NCBI GenBank assembly: GCA_016748015.1
Contig: JAAOMT010000659.1
Span: forward strand, 375,222-439,221
Source: Geosiphon pyriformis uo1
Taxonomy: Eukaryota; Fungi; Glomeromycota
Length of the DNA stretch: 64,000 nucleotides
Reading direction: 5' to 3'
Part shown: piece after piece, positions 26,901 to 39,589 of the stretch
How positions within the stretch are numbered: the stretch's first letter is position 1
Layout of the letters: every line of letters begins with the position of its first letter
Program-made: the position numbers and the translations under genes
The notes under the pieces: generated by a model
The model's input: only the letters and a program-made list of their open reading frames with translations
The model's database searches: none
What the model was told of the DNA's origin: nothing

Positions 26901-27080
26901 CGGATATGAATTATAATCTTCTGTCTCACTCCGGTCAGAGTAGGAGGTATGTACTGATATATGGTTTTTAGCCTCCTCTTGTCCACTTAATATTTGGTAG
27001 GTTTGACGAAGACCCTGTGAGGATCTATGGCTATAGATAGAGTCATGTTGAGATATGTATCCAGAATCAGCACGTGCCAT
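23956..27080 (-). CDS. DH-PH Rho guanine nucleotide exchange factor (FGD-like) with a long Ser-rich N-terminus
   Basis: Multi-exon. DH motifs AVKEIITTERTYVDGL, LFGNIEQLLSLHEQLL, MYTTYLKSF and FLILPAQRIPRYKLLLEALFKYT; PH motifs RRFIYKGDL, HFLFNDILL and EEKIEWKTRI; stop at 23956. Confidence 0.9.
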
Positions 27081-27618
27081 TTAAATAAAGAGTGAAAGAA
27101 ATATTCGGACTTCGGGTAATCTTCGTTTTTGGATTATTAACTAGCCTATCCCGAAAATACCTTATGTAAAAAGATCGTTAGTTGTAACATTAAAGCGATG
27201 AATCTGAAACAAAAATCCAATTACCTGAGACGGCTAATAGAGCTGAGGCTGAAAGCGAAAAACCAACTCAACAGAAGATGATCGGAAATAAGGTGTCTAA
27301 AAACCACAAGTTTCTCCTAACTCTGAGATACTAGTTGTGAGCAAAAATATTTTACACGAAAAAGGGTATTTCTGACTATAACAAAATTTTAGCTATTATA
27401 TAAATTAATAAATGAAGTACTTTTGGTACGGGAACGACTTAAAAAAAGGAGTTTTTGCACACAATACACCTATGAACGAATTTGGAAAGAGAGATTCTTG
27501 TCTCACGTTCAATTATCAATACTGCCTCGTCAAAAAACATTATTGCATTCAATATTCAGCTTCGTGCATATAAGGACAATATAAAAAAGAATAGATTTCC
27601 CCAAACTGGATGATTGAC

Positions 27619-27696
27619 TTTTTTTTTTGAAAATGCTTTATTGAGCGTAGTCCGACCGCTAAAATAAATGCTTTCTACATGTGACCAGCCACCCGG
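27619..27696 (-). mobile_element. ~70-bp retroposed mini-element made of the two ends of the LINE 3' tail plus poly(A)
   Basis: Minus strand reads CCGGGTGGCTGGTCACATGTAGAAAG-CATTTATTT-TAGCGGTCGGACTACGCTCAATAAAGCATTTTC(A)10. Flanked by GACTTTTTT (27616) and GACTTATTT (27697), a TSD-like repeat. Confidence 0.7.
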
Positions 27697-30600
27697 GACT
27701 TATTTTTTAATTAATAATCAACAAATAAAATTATTTAAAAAAAAATGTGTTTGCAAATATTTCAAAGTTATTTATAATTAAGTAGTTGATATTCAAGATT
27801 AATTGATTAACAACTTATTTACTTATACATTATGAATAAAAATTTAAAATTATTATTATTATTATTATATTATTTTTAAAAAAATTATTAATTTGGCTAA
27901 AACTTAATTACAAATAAATTAAACATAACAAATAATAATTTTTTTTGATAATTATTAATATTACTTAATTTTTTTTTAAAATTGCACATAATTTATAATT
28001 TTAAAATAGTTATAATATGGTTTTTGTCTTTTTTAAAAGTTTTAAAGTATTTAATAAGAAGTTAATAATCAAGTTATTTTTTTTAAGTTAAAACAACCAA
28101 AAAACAACTTTTTTAATCTTTTATTATGTTAAATAACAATTTTTTTAAAATGTTAAAAAAAAATTTTTTGGTGTTTTTAATATTAATTCTGTTGTTTTAA
28201 AATCTGTTTTATTTTTGTAAAAAATTAAGTATTGGTTTTTTCTATTTTTTGGCTTTTTTATCTGTTTTATATTATTAATATTAATTATGTTGTTTAATTT
28301 TATTATAACTATAAATAAATAATAATTTATTTTAAATAATAATAATAAAAACAGATTTTATTTTTGTATATAATTTTATTTAATTAGTTTATTAAGTTAT
28401 TTAATCTTAAAAATTAAATAATTAAATAAAAACTAAAAAAAAAATTTTTTGTTTTTTAATATTATTATTTTTAATATTATTATTTTTAATAATATTTGAA
28501 AACCAATTATCAATTATTAAAAATTAAAAAAAATAAATTAGACTTAAAAAACTTTTTTCTTAGATTTTCAAAAAAAGTAATATTTTAAAAAAAGTTTTTT
28601 TGTTTTTGCTTATATCTTATTATTTAATTAGATATTTCAAACCTTTTTTTGTTTAAATACAAAGTTGTTAGTATTAACAATAATTTAAATATAAAAAAAG
28701 CCAAGAAAAAATCAAATATTAACTTAATAACATTAAATTTGTTTCCTAAAAAAATATAAAGATAAAATTTTAAAGAAATTTATTATTATAATTGATATAA
28801 ATGCTTTTTAAAATATTATTATAACTTATAAAACAACTGGTTTAGATGTTGAAAACACTACAAAAATAAAAAATATAAATATAAATAAAGAGTTTTTTGT
28901 AAAAAAAAATAAGTTTTTAGCTTAGAAATAGTAAAAAGTTAAAATAAAAATATATTAATATAACTTTTAAAGACCTAAAAAGAATTGTTATAAAGCATAT
29001 ACTTAGAAAACTTTTTAAATAGATTAACTTTAATATTAACAACAATAATAATAATAATATTTTGAATGGTTTTTTCTTTTTTTTTTTTCTTTGGAGTTTT
29101 AATCAATATTTTAATTTATAAGTTTTTTATTTTGGATATTAATTTTTTAACAGTAACTGGAAAATTTTTTCCAAAAAAATTAAAAATTATTAAGAATGTT
29201 TTTTTGGTGTTAATAATTTTGAAAAAATTTTTACTTTTTTAAAATTTGGTGAAATAATTTAAGTGTTTTTTACTTTTAAAAAGATAATAATAACTATAAT
29301 AAGTTTGGCAAATAATTAAAGTATTATAGTAAATACCAATTTCAAGTACTTACTAAATAATTAAACAAATTAAATAATAATAATTAAAAAAAATTTTGTA
29401 AAAACTTTTCTGAAAACTATGTGTATTGTATTTGCTAATTTTGGTTTAATTAAATTAATTAAAATATAATTAATAGAGCTTTAACAAAAAGCCATCATAA
29501 AATTAAACAATTAAGTACAGACCAATTTTTTGGTATTTTAATAACCTATTTTTATTAAAAAAAATTCTGTTTATGTAATTAGAATTAATATAAATAAACA
29601 ATTATAAAACAAAAAAAATTTACATAAAACATTGTTTTATATTTTTCTATTAATATAAATATATACAATTTGTAAAATTTTGTTTTTTTTAAAAGTAAAA
29701 AAACATGTTTTATTAATTAAAAATTAATTAACTATTTTAAAACTAAGTATGCTTTTGTTTGTTTTAATTTCAAAAATAGTTTCTTAAAAGTTATAGTTAT
29801 TATTTTTGTTATAAAAGATGTTTTTTTTATTGTTGTTTAATCTTAATAAATTGTTCAGTTTGTAAAAAATTCAATTATATTTTTTTGGTATATGATTCTA
29901 ATTTTAGTAGTTAATATATAAGTTAAAAGTAAATTTTTTTGTCAAATTCAAATAAAATCAGATTAGCAAATATATATATTAAAAAAACTGTTTTAATTTT
30001 TTATTTGATGTTTTTTAATAACAAAACTTGAATATTAATTGTTAATATATTTTTTTTGATTTTTTTTGAATCTTTTATTTGGTTTTAATTTAGCTAATAC
30101 TGTTAAATTTTTTTTTTAATATTTAATAATTTGGAATTATAGCTTGTAGTTTTAAAATACAGTTTTGTTAATTTTATAAAACAAACTAACAATTAACTAA
30201 AAAATTAAGCATGTTTATATCAGAATTTTTTAGTTTAATCTTAAATATCAATTATTAATAATTTTTTTATCACAAAATTAAATAAACAATATAGTAATAA
30301 AAAAAAGTTTAAATATAATTACTAATAGCAAATTGCAATATTGTCAATTTTTTTAGTGTTTTTAAATATTGTTAAATTAAAATTTTAATTAAAAAATCTG
30401 TTTGTATTTATTATGAATTTAATAATAAAATTTAATAATTTGGCTCTTGTTTATAATATGATTTTTTTTTTTTTTCTAATAACTAATTTTATTTGAAAAA
30501 ATTTTATATGTAATATTAAAAAAATGAACAATTTTGTAAAGCAAAAAAATATATCAGATAATATAAAAGTAAAAATAATTTAATTTCTATTATAACAAAA

Positions 30601-30825
30601 ACAAAATTAAAAAATAAAATCTGTTTATAAATTGTAAATAAGTTTGGTAATATTTGTATATATATTTCTGATTTAAATTCTGGTTATTTAAATTCTTATA
30701 TTGTTGTTATTATGAATAATAACTTGGCTAAACATATATATAAAATTATTAAAATAAAAAATTATTTTTATTTATTAAATTATTTTTTAAGAACAAATTT
30801 TCAGTTTTTATTTTAAGATTTATGC

Positions 30826-31314
30826 TGTTATTCTTAGAAAATAAGAAATTAATATTTCGTCAATAGCCATAATCAAGAGCTATTGGTCCAAAATAATTAA
30901 GTATTAGATTTTATTAACATGAAGTGGTAATAATGACAAAAGTAATTAATATTTTTAATCAAGTGATAATAATATAAATTTGATGATAATAGATAATTTT
31001 ATTAATAGAAGAATAATTTCACTTCAAGTTATAGAAAACTATCTTTTAAAGGAAGAGTATTGTTCTAAATTAATAAAAACTTTATTAAATTCTCCAGAAA
31101 TTACTTTTTCTGCTTTTAATACTCTCATTATATATATAATTTATTTTATACAAGATTTCTGGAATCTTATAATTTCTTTAAAAAAATTCTGAAATTCTAA
31201 GATTCTGGAATCCTGCAATTTTTTCAAAGGAATCCTACAATTTTTCTATTATTATGCTTATTTCTGATTGGCTATTTTCTGTCTATTACAATTCTTTATT
31301 TTTTAAGAGTAATA
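30826..31314. mobile_element. Solo-LTR-like insert (489 bp)
   Basis: Termini TGTTATTCTT...AAGAGTAATA; TSD ATGC/ATAC; interrupts the LINE APE LGLYAG motif; homologous (inverted) to 57094-57926. Confidence 0.75.
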
Positions 31315-31637
31315 ATACTAATACTGCTATAATTATACATTTTAATTAAGTAAAAAATATTAATATATTAATTGTAAAAACTATTAATAAGTCTTATTTT
31401 ATAATTTTAAATGACAATTTCAATAAAAATAAGTTTTAAAAAAATGCCAATTTTAAAAAATGTCGGAATTTAAATTTAGTTAATTTTTTAATAAAAAATA
31501 TAATTGCCAAAACTACTATATAAACAAATTTTAAAAATATAATAAAGATAATTAATTTTATATTTATTTTTGCTAGTTTTATTAATATAATAGTTAACAA
31601 AAGTATGATAAATATTAATAAATTCTTTAATATTAAT

Positions 31638-32888
31638 TTATTTAATTTTTTTATTTAACATTTAATGAGTGTAGCCCAACCACTATCTAGTACATAGAAC
31701 CAAACTAAGAGGCTCAAACTAAATGCGACTCACGCACTTTCTACATGTGGCCAGCCACTCAGGCCAGACAAGGCAACACTACACATCTATAATTACCCAC
31801 ACACTGCCACCCAGACCAGAAAAGAAACAATAAGGCTTCCGACGACCAAAGCTAACAGCAAAGGAATTGGCCATACCAAGCAATCTCACAACACCATCAG
31901 ACAAAACCGAAGACACACCACAAGGGAGCCCAGAAACAGCACCAACGTCACAGATCAGACCAGCTTTCTCCATCACTACCCAGTGTCTGGCTCTAGCCAA
32001 TCATACTTTAGCACAATGTAACCCAACAATGAACCTGACATAATCAACAATCCGAGCAGCGGCCATCTTTTTATCCTCAAAAATACTGCAAGTCTCCTCA
32101 TACCACTCCTCCAGCACAAACCCTTTGCACACCAAAGTGTACAGCCCAACATCAATGGAACATTGAGACAAAACTCACAACATGGCAGAAACAGGGGAAC
32201 CACCAGCCAAAGCTAACCAATAGGCAGAAGCCTCTTCCAAAATCTCACCATGAATGTCAAACTCATGAACACAAGTAAAAGCGTGGTCAGAGAACTCCAC
32301 CTCACCACAAAACAAACACAATACACTAGGGTAGCACCTATCATACAACCTCTTCCTTACCACCACCAGCAACCTCCTGTGCACAGCCTTCATAACATAA
32401 GTGCGAAGCATTGAGGATGCACAGCTAGTGAACCCAGCAAGCATATAAGAATCAGGATGCCATACCTTTACTGTGATAACCCAGTCTATACAACCAATCA
32501 TCGCATCCGGAACCACATCACAACCAGACTCAGCTTTCCAATGAGCACAACAAATTGATTGAAAAATGTTCCTAACAAAATGACGGACATTACCAGAAAC
32601 AGTAACACTCTCAGCAACCAAAAAATGTTCACGCACATCAGCACAAAGGGAAAAAGGAAACCCCGAGGCAGCCCCAGCAGTCAAGTCAGCTTTCACATTA
32701 CCATGAATCCCAGAATGTCCTTTCATCTTAACCCAACTCATGCTAAGATCCTTATCCTTGATCAAATTGAAAATATGATGCTTTTTTAGCCAGCATTGAT
32801 TACGGAAATCAGGGGCAGCCAAAGACATCTCAGACATACATGTGTCAATGGCAGCCTGGCTGTCAAGATATAACACTACAGTACTCGA
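31638..32888 (-). mobile_element. Young 5'-truncated LINE insertion (RNase H end, C-terminal zinc finger, 3' tail, poly(A))
   Basis: ORF 32175-32876 has YLDSQAA, WVKMKGHSGIHGNVKAD (RNase H) and CLFCGEVEFSDHAFTC. 48% GC counted in line 32401. TSD TAATATTAAT (31628) / TAATATTAAC (32889). Confidence 0.9.
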
Positions 32889-32945
32889 TAATATTAACTA
32901 TTATATTATTTTTGTATCTATTAATTTAAATAAGTTTTTAAATAC

Positions 32946-33852
32946 TATTATAAATAAACTTGGTAAGATATAATTATAATATTTAATATTTATAATTTAA
33001 TACTAAAAGCAAGATAATTTTCAGATAAATTAATTTTAATAACAAAGTAAATTATTAGTCTTTAAATGTTTTTTTGTTTAAAATTTTACTTGTTGAGTTT
33101 TTTTATTATAAAACACAAAGATATTGTAATTTTAGTTGTGTTTTTTTCAAGCTAATTAAGCACAATTACTAGAGTCTAATATTGTTTTTTTATTTTTCTA
33201 ATAAGCTAACAAAATAAAATTAATATTTAATATTTAAAAAAAAAATTTTTTTTTTACCAAATTATTATGAAGTTTAATTTCAAAACAGTTAATTTTTAAT
33301 ATTGCACTTCACAAAAAAAATTAAAAATAAAAATAAAATTAGTATTCTGTTAATTGCCATGATCAAAAGCAATTAATTTAAGTTATTAAAATTTCAAAAG
33401 CATTTATGCTAATTGTATTTAGCCTAAAATAAAATAAGCAAAACAATCAATTTGATTTCGACAATTAATTTGTCAAAATCATATAATTTTGAATTAAATA
33501 ATAATATTTTATTTGATTAATAAGAAATATAAAAAGGAAATAAGAGTTTTTTAAACTAAAAATAAGATAATAAAATGAATTTAATTTTTGTCTGGTTTGT
33601 TTTTTTATTTGTTAAAACTACTTATTTTTATGCATATTTTTTAGTTCTACAAGATTGTTTTTAATTGTTTGTTATTATTAATTATTGTTTATTATTTTAG
33701 TTATTGCTTTGTTTTTTTATATTATAACTAATTATCATATATTATTATTAGTTATTCTGTGCTTTTTTACATTATTCTATGTTATTTTGTGTTTTTTATA
33801 TAGTAATCACGTTTTTTACCACAGTTTTTGATCGGTTTTTATTCTAATAACA
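32946..33852. mobile_element. Solo-LTR-like insert (907 bp), decayed
   Basis: Termini TATTAT...AATAACA; TSD ATAC/ATAT; LINE frame resumes across it; inverted homologue of 39721-40717. Confidence 0.7.
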
Positions 33853-36100
33853 ATATACAACTGAATTTTTTTTACAAACAGATAAATAAAGTTTAATAAA
33901 AGTTTAATATTAAAAGTATAAATAATGCCAAATGATTTTATTTTAAAAATACAATATTGGTTAATTTTACATTGTTTTATGCTAATTTTATTATTTTAAA
34001 ATATTTTTTAAATTTGAATATTATGTAAAATATAATTTAAAAAATAGTACGTCTTTTAATTAATAAAGTTTTTTTTAAAATATAACATAAAAAATATAAT
34101 ACTGTTTTTATCAAAACTTTGTCTAAATTATACAAATTAGAAATTCTGATATTTAAAATTGTCAAGAAAGTATGATTTGGTGTAAACATAAAATTTAAGT
34201 TGTTTATAAATTGCTAGAAATTTTTTAATAAGCTAAATATTGATTATGTTTAAGTTTTTTTAGATAATAATACAGATTTTAATAATATTCATTCTGTTTT
34301 ATGTAAATAAAAAAGTTATATTGTGCATTCAAATTTTAAAGTTATTGCAAATAAAAAAACAAAAATTAGATCTGTTATCTTTAAACATATAAAAAATTTT
34401 ACAATTAACAAAAGTTATACTATTAAAAAATCTTAAAATGTTTATTTTAGAAATGATCTAAATTATTTAATTATAAAAAACGAGTTAATTTTGGTTTATA
34501 ATAAGATTAAATCTAAGATAAATAATATTATAAAAGATTGAATAAAAAAAACAGGTTTAAAAAGCATTTCTAATTTATAATAGTCTTAATACTTATTATT
34601 AAATCATATAAACAATAATGTTTTTTTTAAAATTATGGCTGTTATTAGTTTTAATAAGATGTTTAGTATAATTAAAGAGCTTTTTAATAGAAAAGCTGCT
34701 AGTTTATTTAGTATTTTTAATAAACTTTAAAAGTATTATAATGTTTTGGTATTATATATATTTTTGAATTTTTTGAATATTTGTTTAGTCTATAAATCTG
34801 TTTTTTGATCTTAAAAAGAAGCATAAATATCAATAATTTTTATATTATATAAATAAAATAAAATTTTTAATAAATATTCAATTTATTATCTTAATCAAAA
34901 CTTTTTAAAAAATTTTCTTTAAAATTCTTTTAGACAGAATTTTTTTAGTATGTAATAAGTTTAATATTTTTTATGATAATAATTTTTCTGTTTTTAAAAA
35001 CACTATAACTAAGTTTCTAATTTTTGCTATTGGCTTTGTAATAAAAAATGTTTAAAGAAAAATCATAAACTTTAGTTGATTTTATAAAATATATATAAAA
35101 TTTATAATTTTGTTTAATATTATTATTTAAAAACTAGTTTGTAAATTAAGATATGTAATAGATTTATTTAATTTTTTGGCAGTATTTACAATAACAGAAG
35201 TAACTAAGTTATAACAGATTTTAATTTAACAAAAAATATAAAATACATAATAATTTGAATTAAAATAAGTATTTTTTTACTTTTATAAAAAATTTTTTAT
35301 GATTTTTTTTGTGTAAAATTAAAAAACAGAAAAATCTGTATAAGTATAAAATTAATATTATAGTTTTTATTAAAACTGAAAAAATTAAAACCAAACCAGT
35401 TTGTTATTTTTTCTTATAGCTAGTGTTTTTGTTAATAATATAATTTAGATAGAAAACAGTTAAGCTATTATATAGTACATTTTAAATATTGTAAACAAAT
35501 TTTTTAAAATCAATAATATTTTAATCAACAATAATAAAATTATAACAATTTTTATCAATCATTAAATAAAAATACTGTGTTTATTTATTAGTAATTTGTT
35601 GATTTTAATTATAAAAAAAAGAATTTTATAGATATTTGAATCTATTTTTATTATTTTTTGGTCTGTTTAAATCTAATTTAACTAAAACTTACTTAAATAT
35701 TAAGTTTTTTACAAGCATGATTTTAAAAAAAACTATTATAAACAAACAGTTTTTGTATTTAATATTAGCTATTTTACAACTAATAATTAGTTATAAAATA
35801 TAATTCAGTTTTATTTCCAAAAGTATATATTACAAATAAAATATTTTAATTAAAAAAAGTTTAAAGAAAAAGGTTGGCTTATCAAAAAACTTTTTAAATA
35901 AAGCTATTATTATTATTTTTTGTATAAATTAAAAATATTTAAATAAATACAAGCTAAGAATAAAATAACTTTAATAGTAATATTTTTAAATACAGATAAA
36001 ATTTTTAATTATTTGTTTAATTATAAATTTTTAAATCTGTAAATTTTAAGTTGGTTTTTTGATTATTTTTTGCAGTTTTCTGTCAAGTTAAAAATTAGTT

Positions 36101-36830
36101 TAGTGTAAAATTCTAATGTTCAGTCTAATTTAATTGAATCACTAAACTAAACCAAACTCAAACAAAAGATTTGGCAAAATTTTGAACTTAAACTTGAACC
36201 AAACTTGAAATTATTGAACTTAAACTAAATCCAAATACATACAACAAGTTTGGTTTAAGTTTAATTTAAAGTTCATGAACATATTTAGATTTAATTATTA
36301 AAAACATTATATTATATTATTATTTAATTTTTTTTTTAATGGTTTTTGTATTTATAATTAAAAACATTGTACTGTTCTTATAGTTTTAGATATTAAGCAA
36401 GACTTTATATCTGTAATCATATTTTCACCTGCAAAAAAGACATGTTTAGAAGCAATTGATGATTTTTGAATTGCCAAATAATTACAAATTATATATACAA
36501 GACAAGAAAATTGTATTTAATATGTCTAAATATCGAATTATTAATAAAATATTAATTTAGATAAATATTTTTTGTAATATATCTTCTATCATACTATTAT
36601 ATTTATTTTTTATTGGCCATCTTTTTAGAAATATAATGATTAATTTCGTTAAGTTTATTGCATTACCACTTTCATTAGTAAAAAATAATAATAAAATGAC
36701 CACTTTATATATTACATAATTAATAGACTTTTTAAGAAAAAAAAAACAGATATATATATATGGTTTAAAAAACACAAAAAGCCATTCAGATAAATAATTA
36801 GAATAATTAAAGAGCAATTCAAATGTTTTT
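36101..36830 (-). mobile_element. Decayed hAT DNA transposon (transposase dimerisation domain and subterminal repeats)
   Basis: Minus strand about 36490-36340 reads NYLAIQKSSIASKHVFFAGENMITDIKSCLISKTIRTVQC, a decayed YLAIQxSSVASERVFS hATC motif. AAAC(C/T) repeats at 36147-36230 and their inverse at 36249-36270. Confidence 0.75.
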
Positions 36831-36849
36831 TTTTTTTCTAAAAAATATT

Positions 36850-38760
36850 GTTAACTTATAGTATTAAAGCTTAAAAACAAAATTCATAAACTTTACCCAA
36901 TTTAAAAACACATTGCTAAAATATTTCAATAATTTAAATATTATAATATAGCTTTAAAACAAATTTAATATTATTAAACAAAGTACAAATAAAACTATTA
37001 CACAATATCTTGCTTAATTTAACAAAATTTGTTATTAAATTAAAGCCATAAAAACAAAATATTATACTAATTCTTAAATTTTAAATAAATTTATTAAAAA
37101 ATTAAAAAAAAATATTCTAAAAAAAGTATGTTTTGCTTACTTTAATTTTTTATTAAAAACTGTTACAAATATCAGAGTTTTCAAATTAGCTAAAAAAAAG
37201 CTAATTATAGTCAAATAATTAACAAAATATTAGAAAAAAACAAAACAAAAACTTAAAAAAAAGTAACTTAATTAAAAAAAAATCTTTTAAAAAATAAAAA
37301 ATTATTTTATTTTAGATTTAAAAAATAATAATACATATTAACTATTCCAAAAACATAACTAAAAATTCAGCAACCAAAATAATTATTTATTATATTAGAA
37401 CTTTAAAACAAAAACATGTATCTACTATTTTTATAAATGCATAAAATAATTAATTAATTAATATTAATACAAATAATACACAAAACATGCAAAAATAATT
37501 ATTATATATTATTCTAAATATTCAGAAATCAATATGTGCCAATACTATATTAATATTTAACTACATTTTAAAATCAAAAAACTTATTAGCAATAATTCAT
37601 AATAATTAATTTAAATTGATATTTTAAGTTCTAAAATCAGTTTATGTAAAATTAAAACACATTAGTTTAAAAAAATTCAAACTACATAAAAACCAGTTAG
37701 CAAATTAATTTAAACTACTAAAATTATTAACAAAATTATTTTAATATATTAAAAAACTTAAATCTTAAAAACAATAATTGTAAAAACAGAAACAAAACTA
37801 AAAATTAGTCTAAAAATCAAATTTTAAGCCACATTATACTATTAGCAGTTATTATTAAAGACAATAATCTTATAACTGTTTTTTTTGAATTAAAACTATA
37901 TTTAATAAAGCAATATTAGACAAAAAATGTTTAATTACTATTATGTATATAAAAATAACAATAAATAATATCTTAATTATACTTATTTTAAATAATAAAT
38001 TTGTTAAAAGTATTATAATACTTTAACTAGTAAACCAATTAAGTTTCAAAATTAATTATGTTACAATATTTCAAATTATAATAGCTAATAAAAATACTAA
38101 GCTATCATATAATAAAATTGTTATTTCTATAAAAGTATTAATAATAAATACTACACAATATTAAACATTAATAAAAAATAACTGGTTAATAAAAACCAAT
38201 ATTATATTAAACTAAACTATTTAAAAACTTTTTATTAATTATAATAACTATTATATTAAAATTTTAATTATATGTAACTATTTCCAAAAACTTAATATTA
38301 ATTAAAGACCTATTTTTGAATTTAAGAAAAATACAATCTTACTAGTTATTAAAACTTATTGGTTTTTATAAACTAACAACCAAAAAACAGAATTACTAGT
38401 TATATTAACTTTGACAAATAAAAAAAATTTAAATAAAACCAAATAAGTTCACAAAAAAACTGTTATTAACATAAATTAAAGTTAAAATATTTAGTTTACA
38501 ATAAAAAACTTTTGTTTATAACTATATACAATATACTAAATAAAAACCAAGAAATTTTATTTACTATTATTGTAATTATTTCAACAAAAAAAATATGATT
38601 ACTCAGAAAAACATAATAAATAGAACAAAAAACTATGTCTTACTTATAAAAATTATTGTCAAAAAAATATAGCTAAAGCAGTATTTAATAAAACATTAAA
38701 AAAATTATAATACTATCTACATAATAAAAACAAATTATATAACATAATATAAACTAAAAT
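36850..38760 (+). pseudogene. Ty3/gypsy-type gag and aspartic protease relic
   Basis: Restoring transitions gives gag-like FTQFKNTLLKYF..IKQ..ETITQYL..F..QFI.GL (36880-37230) and protease ITAMY..LILDSGSAGSII..ALVGNDWL (37935-38220). Confidence 0.6.
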
Positions 38761-39589
38761 AAAAGAAAAAACTATCAAAGAAATATAATGTTAAAAATTT
38801 TTTATATTTTTTTTGGTATTCTTAAAATTTTTGTAATTTTTAATATTATATTATTTTGTTAATTTTAATATATAATTGGTCAATATATACTATATTAATT
38901 TTTTTTTAATTTTTTTTATAAATAACAATAGTTTAATATTATATAATAAAATTTAAATTTATCAAAATAATTATAGTTAATTATTTTTAAAATATATTTA
39001 ATATGTTTAGCTTTTTTTATTTGTTAATTATATTTTTGGATTTTTTTATTAATAAAAACTATTATTAATTATAAATTATTTAATATTATAAGATAATAAT
39101 AAAATTTATTATATATATAATTTAAAATGAGTTTTTTTTTACTTTTTTAAAAATAAATAAAACATATTAGCAAATTTAATTATATACTTCTTTTTTTATT
39201 AAAACATTAATTTAATTATATTTTTTTAATAATAATTATTTACAAATAAAATAAAAAGTGTTGTTCTATTTTTTACTTTGTTTTAAGTATTTAAATTATT
39301 TATTATAACAGATTTTACAATAATAATAAATATAATTTTTATAATTTTTTTAAAATACAAACAAATTTTATAAATATAAGTTTTTTACAATAATTTTTTT
39401 ATTTAAATTAAACATAAAATAATTTTTTTTAATAATTGCTTTAAATAAAAAATATTTTATTTGTTAATTGATTTTTTTTTTAATATTAAAATTTTTTTCA
39501 AATTATTTATTAAATGTATTATAAATAATATATATATTTTTTTCTTTTTTATTTTTATAATTACAATTAGTACAAAGAGTAAAAAAGTT

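Larger units (their letters stand above)
28540..36100 (+). mobile_element. LINE copy A, heavily hypermutated, host of three nested insertions and cut by a hAT relic
   Basis: Colinear with LINE B: decayed ORF1, APE region near 30480-31600 and RT motif at 35071 (TAGTTGATTTTATAAAATATATATAAAATTTATAAT = WLVLQDMRKAYD). Confidence 0.8.
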
